DNA from: the human T2T-CHM13v2.0 reference genome, Homo sapiens
Length of the DNA stretch: 64,000 nucleotides
Reading direction: 5' to 3' (one strand)
NCBI RefSeq assembly: GCF_009914755.1
Contig: NC_060943.1
Positions 16,852-31,870 of the stretch are shown in pieces (positions within the stretch are counted from its first letter, which is position 1; each line of letters opens with the position of its first letter). The notes below the pieces were generated by a model. It was not told where the DNA came from, did not search any database, and saw only the letters and a list, made by a program, of their open reading frames with translations. A program made the position numbers and the translations under genes.

Positions 16852-16888
16852 ATTATTTTTCACACTTACATATTAAAAAGTGCAATGG

Positions 16889-17062
16889 GGCTAGGAATGG
16901 AGGCTCACAACTGTATTCTCTGCACTTTGGGAAGCCAAGGTGGGAAGGTCACTTGAGCTCAGGAGTTCGAATCCAGGCTAAGCAACAAAAGGAGACCACG
17001 TCTCTACAAGAAAAAAAAAATCAGCTAGATGTGGTAGCATGTGCCTGCAATCCCAGTTACTT
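16889..17062 (+). mobile_element. AluJ-like partial
   Basis: Diverged left arm and start of right arm. Confidence 0.8.
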
Positions 17063-17299
17063 TTGCCTCCTTTATCAGAATGTTTCAGGCAAACATGCAC
17101 TTGGCCATCGGAAATATTCCAATAATTTTCTGGTAGTTAACTTTCTTAAATTTCTTAACAGCCAGGAAACTTCTTTACTTTATTCTAATAATTTTCCTGT
17201 TGCTACAACCTGATAGTTAAGGAAGTTCAAATGCCTTCTGGAATCTAGGAATCCATTTTTGCTTCAGTAGATGTAATGACTGCATGAAACTGTTGGCGA

Positions 17300-17530
17300 A
17301 TGACATTCTCTGAGTGTGGACTCCACGTCAATGCTGTTCCAGGTGCTTTGCCCATGTTGACTCCATGAATCCACTCAACATGCTGGTTTCTTATCCTCAT
17401 TTTGCAGATGAGGGAACTGAGGCACAGAGTGTAAGTCACTTGCCCACAGTCCCAGAGGATGTAAATGGCAGAGGCAGGATTCAAGCCTGACAGTCTTGGC
17501 TCTGGAGCCTTCGTGCTTAGCCACTCTTTA
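17300..17530 (-). mobile_element. MIR
   Basis: 'cattttgcagatgagggaactgaggcacagag', 'gcaggattcaagcct'. Confidence 0.8.
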
Positions 17531-18237
17531 TCCCCAAATAGCTGTCAACCAAGGTGAGCAGCGACCAAAATTTGACAAGCCTGAAACCACTGCTTGTTGC
17601 CCCCGACCTAGGACCAGCTAGACCACAGTTACTGCTGCTCTGAAGACAACACTGTCACTTCACACCTGCTCAGGGCCCTTCTTGGCACTGATGAATAAAC
17701 CCAGCCTGGGGTCCGAGAAATGGGCAGTGCAGCTCTGAAGACACGCCCGACGTTCTCTGTCCCGAGGGAGGACCTGGAGCCGCTGTCCCAGAAGCGTGTT
17801 CCTGATGGAAGGCACTCATAGGCTCTCTGCAGGGGAGACCTGCCAGTTCTGTTTTTATTGATTTTCACTTTGCAAAAAAGCCTCTTAAATCAAATCAAAC
17901 TCACTAGGAAATGTGGGAGGTTGCAGGCACACTGCCCTTTGTTTGTCTCTAGTGCTTTAAAGGTGTGTCCTTTCTTCTAAGTGGCTCAGGAGGCCAAAAG
18001 CTGTCCTGAAAGCATACCTCAACTTCCTGCCTTCACCTCTGTCAACCTTAAGGCAATTCTTGATGCATTTGATGTTGTTGTTTCCTGCCAGCCACAAGTC
18101 CATGAACTCCTAGGACTCTAAGACAAACAGTGCTGCTGCTGCATTTCTTTCCTTGGCTGTCTGCCCTCTCTGCTGCAGTCTAACCTGAGGGGGAAAGGGA
18201 TTTGTGGTTCCAAAGACAGGGTCCAACTGAAGGAAAA

Positions 18238-18671
18238 GGCATCCCAAGCAGAGGGGTCAGCATGGTCGCCTGAGATGCATGCCTGGGTTCCTGGCCCTCT
18301 CCTTGGCATCCTAAGCAGAGGGGTCAGCATGGTCACCTAAGATGCGTGCCCAGGTTCCTGGCCCTCTCCTCGGCATGGTCGCCTGAGATGCATGCCCGGG
18401 TTCCTGGCCCTCTCCTCGGCATCCTAAGCAGAGGGGTCAGCATGGTCGCCTAAGATGCGTGCCCAGATTCCTGGCCCTCTCCTTGGCATGGTCGCCTGAG
18501 ATGCATGCCTGGGTTCCTGGCCCTCTCCTCGGCGTCCCAAGCAGAGGGGTCAGCATGGTCGCCTGAGATGTGTGCCCGGGTCCCTGGCCCTCTCCTCGGC
18601 GTCCCAAGCAGAGGGGTCAGCATGGTCGCCTGAGATGTGTGCCCGGGTTCCTGGCCCTCTCCCCGGTGTCC
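18238..18671. repeat. Minisatellite, 7 units of 67 bp (L) and 46 bp (S), order L-L-S-L-S-L-L
   Basis: Units start at 18238, 18305, 18372, 18418, 18485, 18531, 18598. Confidence 0.95.
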
Positions 18672-18721
18672 TTTAGTGCTGAAATGTCACTTACTCAGAA
18701 AGGTCTTTTCTAGATTTCCAC

Positions 18722-19890
<1,169 letters not shown>

Positions 19891-19909
19891 CACTCAAAAA
19901 ATGCCGTAT

Positions 19910-20095
19910 CTTTATGATCTTAAGGTAAGTAAAAATATTTAAACAGGGCACACACATGAAACATATAAGACAAACTCGACAAACTGGTCTATATTAAAAA
20001 TAAGAACTTCTGTTTATCGAAAGAGATCATTAGGAGAGTGCAAACAGCAAGCATGAGAGCAGAGTGTATACTCATTATACACATGGCAACAAAGG
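19910..20095 (+). mobile_element. Old L1 ORF2 fragment
   Basis: 'tatattaaaaataagaacttctgtttatcgaaagagatcattaggagagtg'. Confidence 0.6.
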
Positions 20096-20869
20096 CCTCA
20101 GGGCCAGAATGTGTCAACCAGAAATAATAACATCCTCCCCATGTACCTCAAATTCCATGATGAATGTGGACAGATTTTGAAACCTACAAAATGCTTCATC
20201 AGTATAAGGAATGACATGCTTGGTCTTCTTGGTGGGTCACTGCAACAGTCCCAGATGGAGCCGAGGCAGTCTCTCCCTTTCGCACGGCAAAACCAGGGAT
20301 CGCCACCCTCCCACCTATGCCCATTACCTACAAGATGCCACCCAGGGTCCTTGGCATGTCTTTTACAGACCTTCATCCTTTAGTCCTTGCTGTCATCTCT
20401 CCCCTTATCCTCACCATTGGCCCCATCCATGCTGAGCTCCAGCCCCCCTGAGTTGCTTTGCCCCGATTACACCACACTCATTAACATCCCTGGGCCTTCC
20501 GCAAGCTCTTTCCTCTTCCCAAGATACTCTTTCCTCCCTGCACTGGCAAGCCACCACACTCAGCTGAGGATTTCAGGGGTTCAACACCACAGCTGCTTTG
20601 TGGCCTGCTTTAGAGAACCATACAGACAGGGACTGTATACCAAACACGTCAGCCCCACTCCTTGGTCTTGGGAATGGATACAAAGAAAGCAGAGATGCCA
20701 CCGAAAGAAAGGAAAAAAAAAATAAAAAAAGCCTGGCAGGGAAGTTCCAGATGATGTTGTGTGAGAGGGTGGTCTCTCAGAATAATCCCAGCAGACGCAC
20801 ATGCACTTCCTGCCTTTCCTATGAGACTTCCCTGTGAGACTGTGACACAGCCCCGAATCCTGGCTTTGG

Positions 20870-21000
20870 CAGCTGACAGACATGGGTCCAAGTCCAAGCT
20901 CTGCCAGTTACTAGATAAATGACCTTGAGCAAATTACTCCAGCTCCCTCAGTTTCCCCATCGATCACTTGGGGTAACAAAGCCAACCCTGCCACTACAGA
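20870..21000 (+). mobile_element. MIR
   Basis: 'ctctgccagttactag...gaccttgagcaaattact...cctcagtttcccc'. Confidence 0.7.
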
Positions 21001-21676
21001 CATCAGACTAAGCCACTCTTGTGGTTTGAAGATGGTGAGGGGAATCTGTTGGATTCTAGTTGAGCACGCTGATGACTCATCAGTTCAAATATCACGTGGC
21101 TTTCCTATTTCCCGTGTCAGTTGCAGGGCCTCTAAAATGGCTGTGACTTCCATCATATGCCCCATTCGTGGCTGTCCCCAGGCACTGGAAACACCCTACC
21201 TTCATCTGCTGTGCCAGGCATGCCGGCCTCCCCCAGGCTTTTCAGAGACTCTGAAGATTTCCCAGGCATGAACGCCTTGCACATCCCAGACACAGCCCAT
21301 TGCTTGCAGCAGATGTAGCATCAAACACCCTTTGTGATTCTGAGGATCATAAAAAACATTACCCAAAAAGTTTCCTTTTAAATACCAATGGTTTTCTCTG
21401 CCATGCCACCCAGATTTCAACCGTATGCAGCTTCATGCTAAGAGCTTCACTGAAAGTAAATGAAAGGGACAGCTTTAGAGTTGGCTGAAGACTGTTTGTT
21501 TGAAGGGAGACTGTATAAGCTGGTATAATGTTTAATTCTGGATGTCTGGTGGAGAGATCTCTTAGTAGCTATGGGAAGAAAAAATAGATAGGTATTTAAG
21601 GGTTTTGAACTTGGGAACAGAGTGGAGATAAACGGGCAAATGTGCTTTGGATAAGTCCAAAGTGACATGTTTGAAT

Positions 21677-21711
<35 letters not shown>

Positions 21712-21712
21712 C
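21677..21712 (+). repeat. (CA)n microsatellite
   Basis: Direct inspection. Confidence 0.95.
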
Positions 21713-21784
21713 AAAGTTATACTGAAGATTATAGCTGAAGATTCCTAAACAAGTCTAAAGCAAGCCTTTCTTAAAGAAGTGTAC

Positions 21785-22140
21785 AGTTGGGATATATAAC
21801 TGCTATAACAAAACTCAAGATTTCAACAGCTTAACACAATAAAAAATGGTATCCCTCCTCAGATCACAGTGGTTGAGCCACTCTCCTGGACAGCCCTCCT
21901 CCATGTGATGACACAAGTGCCCGAGCTCCTTCTGTCTTGCAGTTCTGCCTTGCTTGGACCTTCCACATCTACCCCATGAACCCACTGGAAAGGGAAGGCA
22001 AATGAGAGTTTGGGAGGTTCCATATGCAGGGCCTACGGGAGCCCATGACACTTCTGCCCACATTTCACAGACCCCATCTCACGGCAGCAGTCAGACATGA
22101 GTCCCCTGTGTACCTGGGCTTGGTGAACACATAACCGTCT
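21785..22140 (-). mobile_element. MLT1-type MaLR LTR (old)
   Basis: 'gctataacaaaactcaag...gcttaacacaat', 'cacttctgcccacattt'. Confidence 0.55.
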
Positions 22141-22309
22141 CCGTCACTAGAATCACTAGAAGCATTCAAGCTACCAAAAATATTTCCCTTATCATTTGAT
22201 GTCTAACCTTCACTGACCTTTTAACAAACCTGTTGAACATCTGCCCTGGGCCAAGCATGTTAGGGCAGGAGACCAGAGAAACACATGTGCATGTGAGAAG
22301 GGGCGGCAC

Positions 22310-22520
22310 AGGAGTTTGGGGCCCAGGCTCTGAAGTTGGAATCCACAGGCTCAAATTCTGCCTCCATCCCTTTTTAAGCAAAATAATACCATGGGCAATC
22401 AATCTAATCTCTCTGTGTCTCTATTTTCTCATGGGTTTAGTGGAGACAATAGTGTTTATATCACAGATGATGGTGAGAACCAAACAGGAAAATACAAACA
22501 GGGTGTAAGCCCTGCCCAGA
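22310..22520 (+). mobile_element. MIR
   Basis: 'ggctctgaagttgg...ggctcaaattctgcctc...ctctctgtgtctctattttctcat'. Confidence 0.6.
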
Positions 22521-25500
22521 ACTCCACAGTCCTACCTCCTCCTCCTGAGACCAAGGGATCCCCGCAGGTGGTGAGGGGTTTGCATGTTTGTTTTACCTTT
22601 AAAGGTGGGGAAGAAAAGCTTCCTCCAGGATGCTGGGCTATCCTAGAGACAGCTGGGCCAGGCCCTCCTAAGGCCAGCATGCAAAGGCCACAGTGAGGGG
22701 CCCTGTGTAAGTCACATATATCCAACTGGTTACCAGTTACCAACCAGTTATTATACCCCCAATCCACAGGCTTAGAAGCCCTGCTACCATTACCTGGAGA
22801 AGACTGCCCTACCCTGCTCCTCTCCACATGGGTGTCAGCCAGGATGCCCTGGCCCTGCCTCTCCTATAGCTTCTCTCCCCATGCCAGAAGCAGGCAGCCT
22901 GTAAATGTTAAGGCTTATCTTAGGATAGAGCTGCCCAGGTGGGCAACCGGCAGGACAGGCTTTCCCCTCAAGGACGAAGACAGCCTGGGAGGAAGGAATG
23001 GCAGCCATTCTCCTGCCTGCCTGGCCCAGGAAGCCCTGTGGTAGGAACCCACATAGACAAACTGAGTTCTCCTGTGGTTTTTCTCTGTCCATCAGGGAAA
23101 ATGCCATTTTAGTTATTGTTGTTATCCATGCTATTAGCATAGGAAAAGGATAACATTTTTAACAATAACAACCACATGTAAAGCACTTTATAATTTTCAA
23201 ATGATTTATGCCAGCATAGCGGCTTCATTCCTTGAAGCAAGATGTAACAGGCTGGGAATTTATGCACCAGACATTTTAAGTTTCCTCAGCAGAGGTGTCA
23301 GTGACTTGCCCAGGGGCCCTGGACAGAACTGCAAATAAGGGCTGCTGACTCTTCTGACCAAGGGCAGAATCAGGGCCAGAAGGGATATTTGGCCTCAGTA
23401 TGGACTACTTCATCAGACAAATTTTTTCTGGTCCTTATATCCTTTCCACTCTCAGCACAGCTGTCCCTCAAGATCACAGATAAAAGGCACTGTCAACGCA
23501 CTATTAGACACCAGGGGAGAAGTCAGTGCAAGAAGGTCAGGAATGAGGCTCTGGGGTCAAAGTAAATCAGGCCAAAGGACAATAGACATTGAACCTACCA
23601 CCCTACCCGCTTCCCATCCCAAACGGATAATGAGAAAGTTGAATTAGGATAACCCTGGGTTCCTGATTCCAGCCAAACCTCGATCCCTTAACTCAGCCAA
23701 GTGCTACATTGAGTGCCAGGGACAGGGGCATAAGAGGACTGGGGGAGGCCTCAGCCCTGCCCCCAGGGAACTTGCAGTCTAGCACCGACTTTCTATTCCT
23801 GTGTCTATCATCAACGTTCCTCCCCAAATTTCCACAAACATCCAATCAAAATGTGCTAAGCTGTAAAACCTTAAGTAGAAATTTGCTCCTAATAGAGTCT
23901 GGAAATTTTGATATTGCCCTCAGCGCAGTCAGGCAGGAAATAGGAGGCTACATGGAGATGGAAGGCGGCTTGTGCGAGTTAACTAAGGAGCCGACTTGGC
24001 GCTTCTGATTTTCTGCAGGGACAAAACATCAGGTATCAGGGACCTTTAGATACACATGAGATAAACCCTACCCCAAGGTGGGCCTTGCTGCCTCCTACAA
24101 CGGAGGAGCCTGGAGGCATGCCGGCTTCAGGCACAGTGGGATGGAAGAGCATGTGTGTGTTTCAGGGAAGCCTCCTCTGTCTCTCCTCCCCATTGGCTCC
24201 CCTCTGAAGCAGACCCTCCTCAGTGGTGGCAGCAACTCCAGGGCACCCAACCTGTGCTGTTCCAGCAAAGTAGAAAAAAAACAAGAGTTTCTCTCCTAGA
24301 ATTCCCAGCAAAACCTGGTGGCATCTTATTGGTCATAACTGGGTCATGTGCTAACTCCAGAATCAATCAAGGAGGGCAAGGGAGTGGGATGTGAGGACTG
24401 CCTCACACCCACCAGCCAGGCTCCCACTTCCCAGAACCTGAGAAGGGGTCACATGATCCAGACACAAGGAACAGTGTGGTCTCCCAGGGACCTCAGAGGT
24501 GCCTGAGCAGAGGCCACATGTCAGATATGTGGTGCTTACCCAAGGGGCAGGGTCTTCACCCATTCTAATGTGTAATCCTCTGAGTGCAAGGTCTCTCTGA
24601 AAGTCTTGGCACACATCCAAAACCTTTCAGGGTTGTTGTAAAGAACCATTACAGCTGCAGGCAGCAAAACCCCTGAAAGAGGGCACATGGCAGGTTGGCA
24701 GCTCCCCTCCTATTCCTCTCCAGAGCAGGAACCCCATTTCATCTTCCAATGGAAGAGAATGCTGCAGGACCCCCATCTCCCCCCACAGCCTTCCCTGCTT
24801 ATCAAACACATCATACAGCCATCTCTAAAAAGTCCACAAAACCCAATACACATCCAAGAAAATAATAATTAGATATCTGAATGCTGGGCTGAGTCTAAAT
24901 GAGTCACATAGGTCTTGTTTGCATCACACAAAATAAAGTTAACTGTCTCAAAATAGAGAGGAAGAAAAAAAAAAGTTTGTGACATCTTTTCTTCTGGCAG
25001 CAGCCAAATATGATGAGCAAGTAATAAAACAATTCCATTTAAATTGCACCTGCTCTCAACTCCCTCGCCCTCTGTGCAAAGCAGATTACATTGTCTTGTT
25101 TTTTTTTTCTAAATCAATGCCCTGACTATAATGATGTTATGGAGTATTAATTAATCCTGATGATCACTGGGAGCCTAATCCTTAAGGCTGCTGGAGTTGG
25201 ACCATTTCCTCCTATCCTGAAGGCCAAGTCCTTGCAAGAAGTCAAAGCCCATTGAAAGGATTAAATCAATTGTTGAAGCAGTGAGATGGTGGGGTTCACC
25301 AATTTTCTTTTCATGGAGGAAGATTCTGGAGAGAGGTAGTGAAACAGATGAGTCCTGGCCAGAAGGCCCCCAATTGCTAAACGTTAGCATGCAACTTTCT
25401 TTGGAACTCAGAACAAACAATCTCTCTCAACAGTTCTCTGCAATATATCTCTGCACGGCCCTTCAGCAATATATCAAGTGATTTCTCAGTGTGTTTTAAA

Positions 25501-25639
25501 AATAATTGAATCCAGGCATATTTTCACTTCAGTCTCAAAGTCTCATGGTAATCTCAACACAAATGCCAGATCAAGTCTAACATGAATGATTGCTGAATCT
25601 ATTTTTTGTCATTATTTAAAATAATATTTGACAGCACCT

Positions 25640-26330
25640 TGCTGGGTGAGGAAAGGCATACATAGATATTTGGCTACCTCTGGTAAGTACACATTAGATA
25701 TACAGGTGCTCAATCATTTTGCTGGGAGTTTCAACTGGCATAATGCTTTTGACGGCCACTTGGCAAATGCCAGCATTTTAAAATGCATTAACCCTTTGAC
25801 CTGGTACCTTTGTTTCAAGAAATTTATACCCCAGATATTCTTGTAGGTATGCAGAAAAATAGTCTATACAAGGATATTTACTGTAACATCAATGTCTGCA
25901 GAGGCAAAAGACAAAGCATCCTAAATACCCATTACTGGGGGAGGTGTTAAATAAATCATAGTGCATCTAAACAATAATATATTTTACAGGCATTAGAAAC
26001 AAACAGTCTGCTTTGTATGTATGGATTTAGAACAAATTCTAAGATGTGCAACTAAATAAAACAGCAGGGTAAATAACTGTGTATAGGATGCTATCATTTG
26101 TCATGGGGAAAAGAAGGTAACTCATATACATTTATGCTTGTCAATATAGAGACAGTCTCTGAAAAGATTCACTAGGAACTATTTACTTGTGAAATCTTTG
26201 TCTTCTGATGGAGAAAGTAAAGAGACCCGGGGACTTGATCCAGGAAGATTTGCTTTTCACTCTATACCCTCATGTGCAGTGTGAGCTACCTGTTGAAAAG
26301 CCTAATTTAAACAAAGTAAAACAAACATAA
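25640..26330 (+). mobile_element. L1ME-like 3' end
   Basis: 'ccctttgacctgg', 'tatacaaggatatttactg', 'ttgcttttcactctataccct'. Confidence 0.55.
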
Positions 26331-26759
26331 AAATTACTGTTTTATTGAAAAATATCAATACATGTTCACTATAGAGAAATAATAAAATAGAGATAAACAA
26401 AAGAAAAGAAAAATTGGCCAAAGAGAATCCTTTCATATCCTTCCAGGCATGATTCCAAAAATTCTGAAAATGGTTTCATACTCTTCCAAAACTATTTCTA
26501 TGCACTTTTAAACAAAAAGGGGATTATACTGGTAATAACATGTTTACATTATAGTTTTATTAAGAGAATTAAACAAGTGAGTAAAGATATAAACATGCTA
26601 TTATCTGCTCCACACTGTCCTAAGTGACATAAATATAAACATACATATTTATAAGTATAAATGTATAACAATAATTGGCTTTGTAAATTTTTTTCGCTTA
26701 AAACATTGCAAACAACTTTTAATGTTAGTAAATATTCATCTAAAGCATCATTTTTAAGC

Positions 26760-29550
26760 GAATAAACTTTATTTTTCAGAGGAGTTTCAGGTTTATAGGA
26801 AAATCAAGAGGAAAATACAGTCTTCATATACCCCCTGTCTCCACACACACAACCTCCTCACTATCAAAATTCTCCACCATAGGGGTGCATCTGTGTTAAT
26901 TGATGGACCTACACTGACACATCATTATCACCTAAAGTCCATGTTTACATTAGGGTTTCTCTTGGTGGTGTACATTCTGTGGGTGTTGACAAAAGTATGA
27001 TGACATGTATCCACCACTGTAGTATCACACAGAATAGTTACACTGCCCTAAAAATCCTGGGTTCGTCTATTCATTCTTCCCTCCCTCCTAACTCCTGGAT
27101 ATCACTGATCTTTTTACTGACTCCAAAGTTTTTTCTTTTTCAGAATATCATATAGTTAAGTGATGCAGTATGTTGCCTTTTCAGATTTGCCTTTTTCATT
27201 TAGTAATGTGCATTCTCTTAGTAATATTCACTTAGTAATATCCACGCCTTTTCATGGTCTGATAGCTCATTTCATTTTGGCACCGAATAATATTCCATTT
27301 TCTGAATGTACCACACAGTTTATTTGTCCATTCACCTACTGAAGGACATTCTTGATTGCTTCCATGTTTCAGCGATTATGAATAAAGCTGCTATAAACAT
27401 CCATGTACAATTTTTTGTTTGAATGTAAGTTTCTATCTCCCTTGGGCAAATACCAAGCAGTATGATTGCTGAATTATAGGTTTTGTTTTATAAGAAACTG
27501 TCAATCTGTCTTCCAAAGTAGCTGTACACTTTGCATTCCAACCAGCAATGAATGAGAATTCTGGTTGTTCCATGTAATCACCAGAATTTGTTGATGTCAG
27601 TGTTTTCAATTTTGGCCCTCCTAACAGGTGGGCAGTGGTATCTCAATGTTTTAGCTTGAAATTCTCTAGTAACATATAATATTGAACATCTTTTTATATG
27701 ATTACTTGCCATCTGTAAATATTACTGGGTGAGATGTCTATTCAGGTCATTTTCCTAGGTTTAAATTGGCTGTTACTTTTTTTATTATTGAATTTTAAGA
27801 GTTTTTTGTATATTTTGGATAAAAGTCCTTTATGAGATATGTCTTTTGATAATATTTTCTATCTATGGCTTGGCTTCTCATTCTCTTTACATTGTCTTCC
27901 ATAGAGCAGAAGTTTTTAATTTTAATCAAGCTCAAGTTATCAATTATTTCTTTCATGGATCATACCTTCAGTGTCATATCTAAAAAGCCATCACCATACC
28001 CAAGCTTACCTAGATATTCTCCTATGTTATTTTCTATGAGTTTTATAATTTTGTGTTTTACATTTAGGTTTATAATCCATTTTAATTTTTGTGAAGGGTG
28101 TAAGCAGATAGTGTCCAGATTCATTTCTTTTGCATGTGGATGTATAATTGTTCCAGCACCAATTGTTGAAAAGACTATCTTGACTCCACTGTATTGTCTT
28201 TGCTTCGTCAAAGATCAATTGATTCTATTTATGTGGGTCTATTTCTGGGCTATTTTTTCTGTTGATCTACTTGTCTATTCTTTTACCAAACCATACTGTC
28301 TTAATTACTGTAGCTTTACACTAAGTCTTGAATCCAGAGAGATGGCCTCCATATTACTTTAAAATCAGTTTGTTGATATCCAGAGAATAACTTGTTGAGA
28401 TTTTTATCCAAATTTCATTTAATCTATATACGAGTTGGGAAGAACTGACATCTTGACAATGTTGACTCTTTTCATTCATAAATATGGAATATCTCTCCAT
28501 TTATTTAGCTCTTTGATATCTTTCATGAGTCTTGTAATTTTTCTTGTATAGATCTTATACATATTTTGTTGGATTTTTCCTAAGTATTTTCAATTTTCAG
28601 GGTACTAATGTAAATGGCACTGTGTTTTTAATTTCAAATTTTACTTGTTCATTGCTGGTATATAGAAATGCAATTGACTTTTGCATATTAACCTTGAATC
28701 CTGAAACCTTACTATAATTGCTTATTCCAAGAGTATTCTTGCCAAATCTTTTAGATTTTTCTACGGAGAGGATTATACTCTGCAAACAAAGACAGCTGTA
28801 TTTTTTTTTCTTACCAATGTGTATTGTATACTTTTTGTGTTTTTTTTTCCTGTCTTATGTTTAGCTGCACTTTCAGTACAATGTTAAAAAAAAGGTGGTA
28901 ACATTCTTTGCCTTGTTCCTGATCCTACAGGAAAAATTTTGAGTTTCTCACCACTAGGTGGGCTGTATTTCTTTTACTCGTTTAGTGGTTGTCCTAGAGT
29001 TTTCGATATACATTTACGACTACTCCAAGCCTACTTTCTGATAACTCTGTAGCACTTCACAAAGTGCAGGTGCTTTATAATAACTAAATATTCTTAATTC
29101 CTCCCTCTACCCCTTGATACACATTTTGTAGTTGTCTCACAGTTTTTAGACACTCTGTTCTGTTTTTTTTTTTTTTTCCTCAGTCTTTTTTTTCTGTTTG
29201 CTTTTGAGTTTTGGCAGTTTCTACTGTTATATACTCAAACTCAAAGAATCTTTCCTCAGCTTATATTATCCATCTGTTCTTGCATGTTATGTACTTTTTC
29301 ATTAATACCCTTAGCATATTACTTATGTACATATTTGTAAAGTTCCTGGGCTGATAATTCCAACACTCCTGCCATACCAGACTCTGATTCTGGTGCTTGC
29401 TCAGTTTCTTCAAACCGTGTTTTTGCCTTGTCGTATGCCCTGTAATTTTTGTTGCAAGGTGGACATGGTATACTTGGTACAGGAACTGAGGTGCACAGAT
29501 GTTTAGTACTGCAATGGCAAGGTGTGTGGAGAGAAAAACATCCTGTGATA
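26760..29550 (-). mobile_element. L1MC-like element (3'UTR, ORF2 fragments, ORF1 fragment)
   Basis: 'acctacactgacacatcattatcacctaaagtcc' and T-rich strand. ORF-track peptides such as IFDEAKTIQWSQDSLFNNWCW resemble ORF2p. Confidence 0.85.
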
Positions 29551-31255
29551 AAGTCAGCTTTTCACTTGTTATTAGAACAAAGTGGAGACTTCTGAGCTCC
29601 AACCTGCCAGACAATAAACCAGAAGTCTGAAAAGCAGCATTTTAAATTTACATACTATACTTTATCCCCTTCTTTTATGTGTAATGTAATTCTTTTTTCT
29701 TTTAAACAAATTTAAAGACCAACTAAAGATTTCAAGCTGACCTACTTGAATTTGCTTCACCTCTTATTTTCCGCTCTTGTTTTTCTTAGGTATAGCTGAT
29801 TTGATTTTGCTTCTGAAGTCTGACTTTAGAGCTGGAGACTTAATTTGGATACTGGGCTAACAAGCTTTACAAAGGAGTTAGAGGATTCAGCTAGCAGCCA
29901 TTGAAATTCAATATATCTTGTCTTTCTGAATTCCCATAAAATACTTTAATGTTCCATTGATTGCCAACTCAACTGTTTTAACCAGTACCTAGGACCTACT
30001 TGGCAGACAGTCAGTTTTGCAAGATATTATGCCATTTAATTGCATGATAATATTACATTCATGATGGTAATATAAATGAGGCAGTAAAAAGCAGTTGTGA
30101 ATAATTAAATGTCAAGGACTAAGAAAATACATTGGATGACACTGAAGCATGGTATAACTTTAGAAAGACACCCTTCAATTTCGGACACAGGCAGGCAGCG
30201 TATTTAATGAGCAGAACCTATATTCTTGTTAAGTTTCACTGCTAGAACCAAACCTATTTTTTCATAAAGGTTCACCAGTCTTTAGATTCTGCTAAAACTC
30301 AGTTGGAGAATTTCTTTTCACAGCTTCTACTGTCTAAGGTTTCACAATATAAGAAATATAAAGTTTCTCCTCTTCTAAAGTTTGAAAGTTTTATATAAGA
30401 ATTTTCTTGCGTCTCCATTTTCCTCCTCTACTGATCACAACTCCCTCCTGCTACCTCATGTCCTTTGGTTCCCGGGCAGGGGAATTCTTCAGAAAATAAT
30501 CCTTCCAATCACTCTCTGTCCTTTTCCCCTCAGGTCTAGATAAGACAAGCCCCCTCAGGAAGCCAGGACAAAGACGTGGGAGAAAGGCAGGTAGAGTGGT
30601 CAAGAAATGTTCTTTTCAGGCAGGAATTGGGGTCCTCAGCCTATCTTGGCAGAGACTCCAGCAAGAAAAATATCTAATTCATTCATCCAATTAAGTGGCT
30701 CTTAAGCACCTGCATAGGTTAAGAGCTGGAACAGAAGTGGAAGGGCAAAGATAAATACCTTCCATCCGATTTAGCAGAGAGGAAAAGCAAGGATCCAGGG
30801 AGTGAGGCAATAAAAAGGAGGAATCTCTAATTGCCAGGACTCCTCTTTGAGCAGCCAGAGCCCTGTTTTTTGTGGGGATATGCTCTGATGTGCTGCTTGA
30901 GGTTGGTGTAGGAATGAGGGTGACTCTGAAGGATCACAAGACTGACTTCCAGTGGGGTCAGGGTGAGCAAGATGGAGGCAGAAGCTCAAGTGAGGATAAC
31001 TGTAACCTCCAGTATAGAAGAGAGAGGAGTCAGCCAAGGTAGTGCCTGCTGGGAAAGAGAAGAGAGAAAAACAAGCCCACTCACCTCCAGGAGGCTGGCC
31101 TAGCAGGGATTCAGAGCACAGAGACCCAAGACATGGCTGCATTGGTAGGCCCTCCTATGTGACAACCCTCCTCTTAGTTTCCACAAAATATCTTTGTATG
31201 AGTGTTTTCTTTTAGGAAACCACAAAATAGAATTAGATATAAACTCAAACAACTG

Positions 31256-31623
31256 CAAGTTTTAGTCAACTTGGGTTGCTCTAACAAAATGCCACAGACT
31301 GGGTGGCTTATAAATAACAGGAATTTATTTTTCACAGTTCTGGGGGCTGGGAAGTTCAAGATCACGGCGCCAGCCGACCCAGTGTGTGGTGAGGGCTGCT
31401 TCCTGGTTGGCAGCTTCCTGTCTTCATTGTGCTCCCACATGGTAGAGAGCAGAAGGAGCAGCTCTCTGGCTTCTTCTCATAAGGGCACTCATCCCATGCA
31501 TGGGGGCTTTGCCCTTGTGACCTAATTACTTCCCAGAGGCACCACCTCCAAATACCATCACACTGGGGGTTGGGATTTCAACATATAAAGTTTGGGGGAA
31601 ACATAAACATTCAGTCCGCAACA
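31256..31623 (-). mobile_element. MLT1A-like MaLR LTR
   Basis: 'cacagactgggtggctta', 'cacagttctgggggctgggaagttcaagatca', 'ccaaataccatcacactggggg'. Confidence 0.85.
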
Positions 31624-31689
31624 CAATACAAAGAGAATCATAAGAGTCACGAGAAACAGGCAGATAAAGAGACAGGCTACAAGAATTCA

Positions 31690-31870
31690 GGGGGCAAAGT
31701 GGTCATTTCCAGATGGAAGTTAAAGACAGCCTTCACAGAAGTGGCATTGAAGAACAGAGGAGTTTCGAGGCTAGGCAAGGGGAGGGTGTCAGCACTAGGA
31801 AGGGAATGCCAGGCATGGGGAAGGGTGTCAGCAAAGGCATCGAGGTAGGAAAGTGCAGACCTGGGCAGGT
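31690..31870 (-). mobile_element. L2 fragment
   Basis: 'cagccttcacagaagtggcattga', 'aatgccaggcatggggaag...gcaaaggc'. Confidence 0.5.
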
